64,000 bases of DNA from Eledone cirrhosa (taxonomy: Eukaryota), in contig OZ024747.1 in assembly GCA_964016885.1 (NCBI GenBank), positions 90,706,001 through 90,770,000 on the forward strand, read 5' to 3'. The notes below the pieces were generated by a model. The model was given only the letters and a program-made list of their open reading frames with translations, searched no databases and was not told the DNA's origin. Each line of letters begins with the position of its first letter. The stretch's first letter is position 1. Both the position numbers and the translations under genes were made by a program. Shown here in pieces: positions 40,040 to 52,826 of this stretch.

Positions 40040-41949
40040 TTAAATGTCTTGCTGTAGACATGAAATCATTGCCCATCAACTTCTCTACTGTCATGACAAC
40101 CATAAAATAAGTGTGAAATAATAAATCATCATCATCATCATCGTTTAATATCCATTTTCCATGTTAGCATGGTTGCACTGAAATAATGCTTGGAGCTAAC
40201 AAAATATCTAGTTTATCTTGGTCACCAAAAAAAAAAAAAAACAACAAAAAAATGAAGAATGGAGAATTTCAATCCTAAACTTGTGTTAATATACAAAGAA
40301 AAAATTTCTGTAAAGAATTAAGAGAAATAACCTCGGAAATTTAACCCATTTTTACATGTGTTTTTAAACTAATATTTAATATAATTTGGTATCAAGCTAC
40401 AAGTGCAATTACTCTAATGTTCCTCGATTAATATATATCTTTATCTTTATTTAGCAATAATAGCTATATAAATATTTATATTTTGTCTTTAAAGGAATTA
40501 CAAATACAGTATACTTCTTATATAATAGAGAATAGTGCAGCATTACTCTACATACATTAATGAAGTGAGCAGTCAGCTTGGAACAGCCTTTGTGTAAGGA
40601 AACGTTGGTTATATTGGTTACATTGGCGAAGCCTTTATACATTAACAAAACTGCTTCCAACAGATACATGTGACTCATGTGACTAGGGTATCAGTTAAAG
40701 GCTGCAATACATATAATTAAATATCAGAGCTATCAGCTGACTAAGTCCAAAAACCTTGATTTCTCTTCTTTTTTTTTTATGTTTCTCATAGTAGTAGCTT
40801 GTAGCATATAATTTTGCATAACAGATTGTTGTATGCATATAATGTGCATATATATGTACACTGATAAATTATATCATCATCATCATCATCATTGTCGTTT
40901 TAATGTCCGCTTTCCCTGCTAGCAAGGATAAGTAGCATAAATTATTGAAAGTGATTAAATACGAAGGAAATAATTTTAGTTATGATACGTTTACATGTCT
41001 AAACATAGTCAACGCAATGTTGTTGTAGAGAAATACAATAGAAAGGTATTTAACCCTATCACTTTCAATATAATGTAGCAGAGACGAATAAATAATTTGA
41101 GTTTGTTAACAGATTTCTCTGAGAGGTCCACATAGAATTTAACACTTTTCAGAAAATTATGTTGCTGACTCCATTAGTTTTCAGTACTAACATAACCTAG
41201 ACTACTAGGTTAGATTCTGGGTTATATTTCAAAGAACATAAAATGTCATAAGATCTATTATAGAGAGTTGTAGGAATTTGCAATAAAAGTGTTACACAAG
41301 TTACAAGTTAAGTTTGAAAATCTAGGTTTGTTTACAGATTTATCTTATATTAAAATGGCTGAATATATTTACTTATTAATAGGATACAATAATGTATAAC
41401 AATTTATCTTTTAACACATGTGAGAATTGTTGAAAAACAATAGTAAGGATTTATTGTTATGCTAGACTTTTCTTAACTTATTTAGTATATATGCTAAGAA
41501 GAAGAAAGGATGCACCATCCCAGATGTAAAACAGTACTTTACTGGGAGAGGGGGGGGGGGGTTCTTCAATAATCCTAGACAGAAAGTCAATTGACCTTGA
41601 TTCAGCTTATGACAATGTGGCTTTCATACAAAGTCACTGAAGACAGTATTTTTTTTAAAATTAATGTATCTACTTTTACATGCTAGATCAGGAAGAAGTG
41701 ACAGAGCCCATGTCTTTTGCAAGCTCCCTTCCCCCAAGGTCAAACATGCAAGTTCCCCTAAGAACAAGACTCCAAGCCCTTCAAAATCAAACCTGATTTA
41801 ATACATGTAGTTTAAAGCTCTGCACAAAAACTGAGGCTTTTTTTTTATTTGATATGGCTATGAAATTGATGCATTCCAATTTAAAAGAATGTCACAGCTA
41901 TGTTATTTAAGTTAGCAGTAGACAGAAATATAAAAGAAAGAGTTGTGAT

Positions 41950-42420
41950 ATCAGCAATTTAATTATTTAGGTTAGTGGTAACTGAAAAGACACAACAGAA
42001 AATAAATGGAAAAGCATCAACAAGAAGACAAATCATATCAGAAATGCAGAATTTTATTAATGTGATGCTATTGTGCCCAAAGAAAACAACATTTTGTCTT
42101 CAATGATTATGGAAATTTAGATATTTATTAAATCAGTTACTGGAAACAGTCTTTCATAGCTAAATATATTTCTCAACACCCAGTATTTGATTTTAGAATA
42201 TTCCTTCATACATCTTAAAAGAATATATGTAAAACTCTTACAATACTGACAGCACACCTGCTTCTTTATGCAAGATGGACAGTGGACAAAAACATCAGTA
42301 ATAAAATGTTCATAAGTATCTTTCATATCAGGATTGTTAAATATTAAAGAGAAGCCATCAGATAGGCCCACATGAAATAGATTATATCTCAAGAATATAA
42401 CAAGAATACTGTTTATCTAA
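41950..42420 (-). pseudogene. Possible decayed hAT transposase fragment
   Basis: VGLSDG (TDG-like), VHC-[frameshift]-LHKEA (HCxxHxxAL-like) and KYWVLRNIF appear in the expected order. Confidence 0.35.
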
Positions 42421-42814
42421 GACAAGTTACTGTTATGAAATGTTAGGTTTTCTCACTAATTTAGGACTAGCCAGCTTAAACTAAATTTTGACCCCAAAAC
42501 AGAGAACATAACTAAATATAACTGTCTTTCAAACTTTCGTTATGTACCAATTACCATTCAATACTTCTAATTAAGAGTGTAGAAAACAGACACACTAAAA
42601 TTATAGGAAATACTAGTTCTAAATATATATTTTTCATTATACTATTATATAGGTTAAATATATATGAGGCTGGATCCTCAATAGGTTCTGATGATGAGCA
42701 TTCAGTTGTGTGCTCAACTGAGTGTCCAACTCCAGGTCTGAATACAGCAGATTTCTTCCAGAGAAGGATAAAGAGTGAGAGAAAAGAGGTGAGAAACAGA
42801 TATAGAAGAAGAAT

Positions 42815-42970
42815 CAATCCCAGTACTAGACTGATACTTTGATATTGATTTTAAATCGATGAAAAGAAACGTTGACCTCGGTGGGATTTGAACTCAGAGA
42901 GCAGAGAGTGAGAACAACTACTGCAAAGCATTCTATCCGACGTTCTAACAGCTCTGCCAATTTGCTGCCT
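42815..42970 (-). mobile_element. Meta-domain SINE (diverged)
   Basis: GTTGACCTCGGTGGGATTTGAACTCAG...CTGCCAATTTGCTGCC. Confidence 0.7.
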
Positions 42971-44471
42971 ATCACAGACAAGTGTACACTTAATATAAAT
43001 CACAAGCTGAATCAGCATAACACAAAATATGACAATGCTGGATATTTGAATTACAAGTACAGTACCTCCTCTGAGCTTCCACAGTTTTCATTTACCCAAT
43101 TCCAGCTGTATGGCTTGAGTCAACCTGAAGCTGAGATTATATCCAAGGCTTTATGATTTCAAAGTAGTAGTAATTGTAGTGGCAGTGGTGGTAACAACAA
43201 CAGTAGCACAGTAGTTTAGTTTGGAAACATTGCCAGAGATAGCTCAATTGCTGTTATCATACAACCAACAATGAATCTTTGAACTGATCAGATAAAATAT
43301 GTATACAAATCTTCTTTGAAACTTCTCTATAACCTGCTTTACTGATCACCAGCAATATTGTTTCATTCTGATAAACATCACAAGTTTCTTCAACATTTCA
43401 TCTGCACCAATAAAAAAAAAACTATCTATAACTCTCAAAGATCTGATAACTTTGCCAAATATCATAACATATTTATCTCTATGTTAAAACAAAAATCTTT
43501 GACAGATCCCTGCTTAAAAGTTGTTTTTTTTTCCATGCAATCTGCTAAAAATCATACAATTTAAAAATACTCAACAGAACGAAATCTTCAAATTGAAAAC
43601 TTTATATCATTTTAAGAGCTATAATTTCATATTCTCCACCACAAATGTCACAAATTTATTAAATTATAGAATAATGGAAATGGTTAAACACCAGATATTT
43701 AAGGCCAAACATTTGTTTAAATAACAAATCTGTTGTAGGCAGCTTCTATTGCATAATCATATAGATTTTTATTTGTTTTAGAGAATCTTCATTTCCAGTT
43801 CTCACACCTTAACACTATTATCTTCCAACCCCATCACGACAACAGAAAATATGACATTGTACGTAACCTTACAAACACCCATACATTCTCTAATTGCTCC
43901 ACCTACAACATAAACTATCACATTATAAACATACCAAGCCTATATACCTCCACCCTCATTTAAATCTTAGTCTGTACCATCCACACTACAACACAACATA
44001 ACATATTACACCTGCCTCAAACACTAGTTGTCAAACCACTTCAAGACATATTTGTTGTATGCGTTTCTCTCCCAAAACCTTGTATAAAATTGTAATTGCA
44101 CCAAAGAACTTTAATCCTTAAGTAATTGTCAAGCCCATGTTCTCTTTATCAAGTTATGAACCGAAAAGGCTTTTTCAACATAAAAAAAAAATATCCCAAA
44201 ACATAAAATAAAGCCTCGGCCCTTCCACAATATAATTAATGATTCATTTAACACACAGACCTGTTTGAGAAATTTATTATCATCTATTATGTCCTACATG
44301 GGAAGATTGTTGTTAGAAAACAATGTGCATATAATATAACTTGCCTGCTCTGAGGGAAGTGAAGTACATTGAGATATAAAAATACAAAAAAATACACAAT
44401 AATTTGACTACTTACGTCAATTTTTTTATTTTTTTTATAAAGGCTCCTAGCTAAGAGATTATGCATTAACA

Positions 44472-44688
44472 ATTATTTCTACTTTAGGCACAAGCTCATC
44501 AATTCAGAGGGAGGGGAAAGTCGATTAAATTGACCCCAGTGCATTACTGGTGCTTTATTTTATTGACGCCGTAAGGATGAAAGGCAAAACTAACCAGCAG
44601 GATTTGAACTCAGAATGTAAAGTGACGTAACTCTATGCTGCAAAGTATGGTATATGACACTCCACCTATACTGCCAATCCACTGCCCT
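44472..44688 (-). mobile_element. Meta-domain SINE
   Basis: Full family structure. Confidence 0.85.
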
Positions 44689-44925
44689 ATTATGCATTCA
44701 TAATGAAAGTTGTGAGTTCAACTTGATTCCATTAAATATATTTAGAAACATGCCACATAAAGATTATTAGAAAATTGACCAAGCTGAAGAATTTTAAGTA
44801 GAAATTAAAGCATACTAATGAAAAAAGCTTACGTGATTGTTATTATTAAATGTTAGCTTAGTTAAAATCTGTTTCAAGTCTGAAAGCTCATCAGGCCTGA
44901 GCTTATTCCAGTTTTATTAGTATTA

Positions 44926-45114
44926 CAGACCTGCCAACCTCTAAAAGCCCAAACGGGGAGTATCATGAAAAAAAAATGCCCCAAAACAGTGAGAAATGAA
45001 ACAAAATGGCGAGATTTTACATAATGAAAGCTATACCCACAAAAGAAAACATCTCTCACTCACCCAAAGTGGGTAGGTAATCTCCCCGCCGGACGGGGAG
45101 AGTTGACAGGTCTG
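44926..45114. mobile_element. MITE with 13-bp TIRs and a 6-bp target-site duplication
   Basis: GTATTA|CAGACCTGCCAAC ... GTTGACAGGTCTG|GTATTA. Confidence 0.8.
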
Positions 45115-46568
45115 GTATTAAGTGACTGAGACTACAGTCCATTGCAGGGGTGACACCCATCTGCTGCTTCTTATACTAACTTTCAGCTGCAATGATTGGA
45201 GCTACATGAAATAAAGTATTTTGCTCAAGAAGACAATGTGCTACCCTGTCCAGGAATCTAAACTACTAGGCTGTATATCTCAACATTTCTAATATAAGAA
45301 AACAGATATGATTACCAAGTTGTAATAATGACTCAAGAATTGGTAGAAGATAGGCACTAATTGCTAGCAACTAACTGGAGTAGGAAGCATTAGCAATGAT
45401 ATAGGTTGTCATACTTTTCTCTTTTTTTTTCTTCTGCAACAACAATGGCTTTAACTCTTCTTATCTTTACTCCTCTTGTCATCCTTATAGTGTCTTCCCT
45501 CAGGCCCTGCACTAACCACTATACAATCTCCTCACTCCTAACATGAAATGTTATCCACATCAATCTTGCTGGTCTAGGATAACCTGTGAAAGCCATGGGT
45601 GTCCCCCCTTAAATCCAATAAAACAAGAGTTTTATTGGATTGAATTGAGTGATGGAGCATTCAACATTTCTAGTTTAATATGGAATGTTACACAGCTCAA
45701 TCTAAACTGCAAAGATATTAGATCTCCTGGCAACTTAGTAATGTGATGATAGTAAAAAGGAAACAGAAATGACTATGAATTTCAAGCTAAACCTCTTAGA
45801 TATTCACCTTTAAATCTTAACAGCTTATAATGATTTAGCAGAAAATATCTAAAAATGAGTTTGTTCATTCAAATCTTTGCTGCTGGACAGAACATTGTGA
45901 AAAATGACAGCAAACTAAAGTAAAAACTTTTAATTTTTAATGTGATGTATTCATACTGCTTTAACAAGAGTATGATGGAGACATCACACTTTTCGAAAAT
46001 GTCTTCTGAATGTGGTTTCATGCAGTAGAAGACATTAAAAGTTAAGGTAATTTGGTAATGGGCAGTTAATAAATAGCTCAATACAGAATACTATCTTCTT
46101 AGCAATTTCATGCTACTATCATAATTGTAATATTTATGAATAACTACATTTAAATCATATAGTGTATATTTGTACCTAATCTATTTAATCATATGATACT
46201 CTATGATAACATAGTAACTAATTAAGTGCTTCAATTATTTGGAATACACTGTTTGGTAACAGGCTTTGTTAGGTTTTACTAAAGTGAATTACTATGTCAG
46301 GTGATTATATCCCAAACTGGATCACTATAATATAATTAATTATATCCATCACCAGATCTTTCTAAGGTGATTATATTCAAAAGATCCGTATTAGGTGAAC
46401 ATATTCAGCTACAGATTTGTGTCAGCTAATTTTAACAGTAATTTATCTGTATAATTATATCTAAGGAACTAAATAAAAACGTTTTGTCTTGCCATGGACT
46501 TGTGAAAGATGGTTGCATCTAAGGGTCTATATAAGATGGTTGTATGCTAATACAGATTAATATAGATA

Positions 46569-47052
46569 CATCATCATCATCGTTTAATGTCCATTTTCCA
46601 CACTAGCATGGGTTATTTGAGGCAAGTCAGGTTAGGTGACCATGTCTTGCTCATACAAAACTGCTTCTGGCCTGGTTTCTATGGCTGGATGCCCTTCCTA
46701 ATGCCAACCACATTTACAGTGTGCGCTGGGTGATTTTTCCGTAACACCAACAGAACCATTTTACAGCGTGTGCTGGGTAATTTTTGTCATGATACCAAAA
46801 TGACCACTTTACAGTGTGGGCTGGGTGCTTTTTGTTGTGATATCTCCACAAACACTTTACAGTGTGGGCAGGGTGCTTTCTTGTGAGGCACCTACATGAC
46901 CACTTTGCAGTGTGGGCTGGGTGCTTTTTATCATGATACCTATACGACCAATTCACAAGTGTGAGCTGGGTGCTTTTTTTCATACCAACACGACCACTTT
47001 ACAGTGTGGGCTGGGTGCTTTGTGTTGTGATACCAACACGACCACTTTACAG
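46569..47052 (-). mobile_element. RTE 3' UTR fragment with an expanded ~43-bp tandem array (~8 units)
   Basis: (CAT)n tail and GGCTGGATGCCCTTCCTAA, then repeated GACCACTTTACAGTGTGGGCTGGGTGCTTTT. Confidence 0.85.
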
Positions 47053-47471
47053 TTTTGCATCTAATTACAGTTCTGTTGTCATTGTTGTTGTTTTTTAACC
47101 CCAGGTTAAAATGATTGAGTAGGCCTATAATTAAAGACATTCATTCCATCATATCACCTTTTACCATGTATGATGTATCTAGGACTAAATTATGGTTCAT
47201 TTGTTTGTTTTATAAGACAGTATTGTGTAAAATGAGAGAGATTTGGCTACTATTTCTCCCAGGTTGTACAACCAGATTGATTATGTCACAAATACATGGA
47301 TGTATCTCATTAAATATTTATATAAGATGACTGAATAACTCCAATGAAATGTGTAAGTTGATTATATCCCATTATGGATCTGTATAAGATGACTGAATCT
47401 TTCTCAGGATCTCTATTGGATTACCTTTCAAACAAAATATAAATATGGATAAAAGATAAAAAAAAAAGCAA

Positions 47472-47538
<67 letters not shown>

Positions 47539-47541
<3 letters not shown>

Positions 47542-47910
47542 AGAGAGGTGGGGATTGGGATTTACCAGTTTAGACAAGTAAGACCATTGTTCAGCTAAGT
47601 ACTCAATACTTGGGGAAAGGAGAGTGTAGGCATTGTAAATATTTTGTGCCTGACAGGTTGAGCTCAGGCTGTTGCAACAGCAAATGGATAATAGTTATCC
47701 ATTCGCCACTGAAACGACATAAGCTCAGCCACCAGGAACTAACCCTTTACAATATATATATAGGAAAATGGTCAGGCCCCCAACGGCTGAGCTCCGGCTG
47801 CTAGATCTAGCTGTCGAAACACTGTTTCTATTACCCACCCTGCTACTCTAAGTATCAAGTACTCTGGTGCATTATGGTCCACCTGGTTCCTTACCACATT
47901 TCCTAAATTT
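47539..47910. mobile_element. (TA)n-embedded element, family E
   Basis: Its ~77-bp terminal segment (47828-47904) is shared with 52351-52428; flanked by (TA)n. Confidence 0.6.
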
Positions 47911-47918
47911 TATATATA

Positions 47919-48375
<457 letters not shown>

Positions 48376-48377
48376 AT

Positions 48378-48409
<32 letters not shown>

Positions 48410-48417
48410 ATATATAT

Positions 48418-48449
<32 letters not shown>

Positions 48450-48450
48450 A

Positions 48451-48493
<43 letters not shown>

Positions 48494-48501
<8 letters not shown>

Positions 48502-48738
48502 TAACAGATTAAAGTTTAAGCAAAGAATCACTGCTTTCACCCTTAACGGGATCTTCTGAAACTAACAAAGTCAATTGAGTTTGTTAGTTTCAGAAGATCC
48601 CGTTAAGGGTGAAAGCAGCGATTCTTTGCTTAAACTTTAATCTGTTATTTTAATAAATATTTGCTCTACGGTTCTTATATATTTGATATATATTTATCCT
48701 TATCGAGCCTTCTTTGGATTTTAGTCTTCAAATTTATT

Positions 48739-48741
<3 letters not shown>
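48494..48741 (+). mobile_element. Fold-back element, family A (162-bp palindrome plus ~86-bp tail), Penelope-like terminus
   Basis: Arms 48494-48574 and 48575-48655 have 2 mismatches and no spacer; degenerate hammerhead-like CAGAAGAT-CCC-GTTAA-GGG-TGAAA. Confidence 0.65.
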
Positions 48742-48775
<34 letters not shown>

Positions 48776-49734
48776 GAGAGAGAGAAAGTCGTTTTCAAAT
48801 ATGAAAAAATGGCTAAGCGTAGGTGAAGAAATTTTAACAGCTCAAAATATGAGATTTATTACAGTAAACTGTTTATAAGGCTACATACAATTTTTAATAG
48901 CATGAATTCCTTAATACTAGTGTTTATGTAAACTCGCAGAGCAAATATTACATTGAAAATAAGCAATATATATATATATACATACACATTTATCACTGAT
49001 GTATTTATTGACATTATAGTTACAATCATGCACTTAGACAAAATGATAAACACGGAGAAAAAGAGCAATTCATTCAAGTTGTTCAGTTTTACAAAGGAAT
49101 GTCAGGTACTATCAGCCAAAAAAAAAGCCATTGATATGATGTCTCCTGTCATACACACAGTAAAAATTATCACATTATTAAATTATAACGTTGTGTTTTT
49201 AGCATTCTAAAGTACTGATTCTGATATGTTTTTACAGAAAATACCACTTTTACAGCTGAGTGTATGTGTGTATATGTGTGTGTGAGTGTGCATGAGTATG
49301 TGTGTAAATATATTTATATATGTGTGAGCGTATGTACATTTATATATGTGTGAGTTGTGTGTGTGGGTGTCAGTCTGCAGGTCAGTATTTTATGTTGACA
49401 CCAAAAGCTGGTGTTGTTTATGCCTCATGACTTAGTAGTTCAACAAACAGATATCAATAAAAGAAGTATCAGACTTCAAAATATGTAGTATTGGCTGTGA
49501 TCATCAACTAAAGCCTCCAGCCATATGCCCCAGCATGGCCAGTCTGATGACTTAAATCAGCCAGTAAGATAATAAGAGAAGAATATCCATAATAGTTCTG
49601 ACACTGATCTACTGCTACTAACCCTGCAGAAAAGTAAAACCTTAATACAGACATCAAATGTTTACAATTGGAAAAGAATATATTGAACATAACTAATCAT
49701 TAGAGAAACAAGATAACAGAAAAAACAATAATAA

Positions 49735-49980
49735 CCATTTGCACCACAAACACCACCACCACTACCATCACTACTTCCACCACGGCCACTACCACCTCCA
49801 TTACCACAACAACAACAATATCCATTTGCACTACAACCACCACCACGACGATCATCACCATCACAACAACAACAACAACAACAACACCAACTTGCACCAC
49901 CACCACCACAACAACTATTTGTACCACCACCACCACAACAACCACAAGACCACCAAGAACAAGAACAAGAACAACAAGAC
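49735..49980. repeat. (CAC)n/(CAA)n trinucleotide low-complexity tract
   Basis: Seen directly. Confidence 0.9.
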
Positions 49981-50560
49981 TCTATACTAAATACATACAA
50001 AGAGAATAAAAGGCAATCAGAAGCCATAGATGATATGAAAAATGTTTAATCATCCACAAGGGAGACCTTATTAGAGAAGTTGGAAGCCTAAACAACATTT
50101 GGTAGGGAAAAGAAAGCCAAGTACAGCCTAAGACAAGAACAATATTATCTTACCAGGTTCCTACAAGCATGGATGGAAGGATTGATTAGCAAAGAATGTT
50201 GATTTATTCTTACTTTTATACTCTTTCATTGTTTTTGCTCGTTGCGTTTTCTTTGAAAAGTGGTTTGTTTGTTTCTATCACATGCCATCACAATTACAGA
50301 TCAGTTGAGAATAGTGAAAGGAGTAAAAGAGGATCTACACACACACACACACATATATACATATGTATATATATACATATGTATATATATATACACATAT
50401 ATACACACATATATATATATATATATATATACATATATTCATATGCACGTAAATATATCTATATATATGCACATATATACACACACATATTTACACATAT
50501 ATACATATACGTATGCACATATACACACACACATACATGTTTATATATATATATATATAT

Positions 50561-51016
50561 ATATTGTTATGCTTTGGGAGGGTCATGTTTCCAGTAAGAA
50601 ACACACGCACCAGTTGCTTTCACTTCAATTTATTATAATAAATTTATAAATTTCCGGTTGGTTGGTTGGTTCCACAACCAGATGGTTGTTTATATATTGT
50701 CAAAGTTCTTTCGTCACACATTCTGTGACCTCTTCAGTGACTGGGGATTCTGATCTTTGTTTTTGTGCCTCTCCTTTGTTCTGTCCTACGCCATCTTGTT
50801 TCTTTGACAATATATAAACAACCATCTGGTTGTGGAACCAACCAACCGGAAATTTATAAATTCCTAAATTTATAAATTTATTATAATAAATTGAAGTGAA
50901 AGCAACTGGTGCGTGTGTTTCTTATTGGCAACATGACCCTCCCAAAGTATAACAATATTGGTTTCAACACACGTTTTCAGATATAGAATCTTGCTAAACA
51001 AATTCAGAAACGAAAT
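50561..51016. mobile_element. Fold-back element, family B (inverted ~145-bp arms plus tail), Penelope-like terminus
   Basis: Arms 50561-50705 and 50802-50958, tail to ...AATTCAGAAACGAAATA; (TA)n on both sides. Confidence 0.75.
50699..50741 (-). ncRNA. Minimal type I hammerhead ribozyme-like motif
   Basis: Minus strand reads GUCA-CUGAAGA-G-GUCACA-GAAUG-UGUGAC-GAAA-GAAC-UU-UGAC: 4-bp stem I, 6-bp stem II, minimal helix III. Confidence 0.7.
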
Positions 51017-51029
51017 ATATATATATATA

Positions 51030-51268
51030 TCATCATCGTTTAACGTCTATCTTCCACGCTAGCATGATTTAGCCGGGAGTTGCCCCACTTGAGGCAAGAT
51101 TGGTCGGGTGACCGCATCTCGCTCTTATAGGACTATCTGGCAGGTTTTCTACGGTTGGATGCCCTTCCTAACACCAACCACAGTTACAGTGTGGGATGGG
51201 TGCTTTTTACCATGTTAGCTACACGACCACATTACAATGTGGACTGTGTGTTTTTCTGTTGTAACACC
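51030..51268 (-). mobile_element. RTE LINE 3' UTR fragment (second subfamily)
   Basis: Similar to 61248-61490. Confidence 0.8.
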
Positions 51269-51301
<33 letters not shown>

Positions 51302-51302
51302 T

Positions 51303-51851
51303 TAAAAGGTAAACAGAAACAACTTAATCTGTACAGTATATGGAAGGAATATAGTTTATATATATACGATACATAAGTATAAACACATATATATAAGGTA
51401 TCCAACCTTTACCAGTATTCCTTGATGAAGAAAACTGGTAAAGCATGGGGGCCTTATATATATGCTTATACCTATGTATGTTTATCGGTTTCCACCCTGC
51501 TCGTCTCCTCAATCTTTCTATTTCTTTAATTTCTCATGATGAAGGACTAGTATCCAAAACATTAAGACTCTTTTCCTACTATATCAAGCATAAAACTAAT
51601 AATATATTTCTTTATTGTACTGTTATATTTGCTTTGTTATTTCTATTTGCCTTTTGCATACACATACACATATATATATATATATGTATTCCACCCTGCC
51701 CGTCCTTTCAATCTATCTTATTTCTCATTCTTTCGTCTGATGAAGGACTAGCGTCCGAAACGTTAAGACCCTCTTCCTGCTATTTCAAGAGTTAACCTAA
51801 TATATTCCTTCCATATACTGTACCGATTGTGCTAATTCTGTTTACCTTTTA
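51303..51851. mobile_element. Composite Penelope-like terminal-repeat cluster, family D (tandem plus inverted copies)
   Basis: Direct units at 51490-51660 and 51689-51851; 51303-51353 is an inverted copy of the unit end; inner hairpin at 51369-51479. Confidence 0.65.
51735..51769 (+). ncRNA. Hammerhead-like core CUGAUGA-A-GGAC-UAGC-GUCC-GAAA-CGUUA
   Basis: Both conserved core boxes flank a 4-bp stem II; a decayed paralogue lies at 51535-51568; the stem I register is ambiguous. Confidence 0.6.
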
Positions 51852-52197
51852 CACATATATATATCTTCTATAATTTATCCTGATCTCCCCCATGGTTTAG
51901 TAAAATATTAGGCTGAAATAGACTGCTAGTTCTAGCAACTCTGTTACTCACCAGTAATCTACCCTTGACTACCTCTCTGGATAATGATAAACCATGGAAA
52001 ACTTTTCCCTTCCAACAATTTCAGGAAGAATTTTTTCTTAGTCTAAGGAGTCTGATGATAAGCTGTTTAGTCTCACAGCTATAATTCTGTAGTTGTAATA
52101 CAGTTGCACTTTAGCTGCACACCAATCGGTGAAACTGCAGTAACATTAGGTAAATTTCTATGTCTTTGTTCTTCAAATTTTAATCTATGTGATTCAG

Positions 52198-52236
<39 letters not shown>

Positions 52237-52239
<3 letters not shown>

Positions 52240-52431
52240 CAAATTTAAATTTAGACGGGAACAAAACAGAGGCAGAGGAAAAAGTATGACCCCAACGGCA
52301 GAGACGGCTATTTCTGGACTCAAGCTCTGCCGTCGGGGTCATACTTTTTCCTATTACCCATTCTACTACCCTAAGTATTGAGTACTCTGGTGCGTTAGGG
52401 TCCATCTGGTTCCTTACCATATTTCCTTTGT
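52237..52431. mobile_element. (TA)n-embedded hairpin element, family E
   Basis: 28-bp arms AGGAAAAAGTATGACCCCAACGGCAGAG / CTCTGCCGTCGGGGTCATACTTTTTCCT (52276-52352); tail shared with 47828-47904. Confidence 0.65.
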
Positions 52432-52458
52432 TATATATATATATATATATGTATATAT

Positions 52459-52772
52459 ATCATCATCATCATCATCACCGTTTTACGTCCGTTCTTCCAC
52501 GCTAGCATGGGTTAGACGGGTTGTCCTGTTGTGGGCAGTGTCTGGTCGGCTGACCATGCCTTGCTCATACAGGAACTGATTTGGCTTGATTTCTACAGCT
52601 GGATGCCCTTCCTAACACCAACCTCATTTACAGTGAGTGCTGGGTGCTTTTTCGTGGCGCCTACACGTCCACTTTACAGTGTGGGACCACCTTGCAGTGG
52701 GGGGTGTGGGGGCTATTGTCTATATACTTCAGCTTGTACCCATGGGAGGTTGGGTACTCTGTATTACTGCGT
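52459..52772 (-). mobile_element. 5'-truncated copy of the young RTE LINE
   Basis: Nearly identical to 62686-63032 apart from a deletion in the tandem unit. Confidence 0.9.
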
Positions 52773-52778
52773 GATATG

Positions 52779-52809
<31 letters not shown>

Positions 52810-52826
52810 GTCTATATTTATTATAT

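Noticed and set aside
46714-47052. CRISPR-like regularly spaced repeats
   Set aside because: Whole units are mutually homologous with no unique spacers, derive from a LINE UTR, and there are no cas genes in this eukaryotic context.
49662-50027. His/Asn-rich or Cys/Gly-rich proteins
   Set aside because: Artefact of a (CAC)/(CAA) trinucleotide tract.
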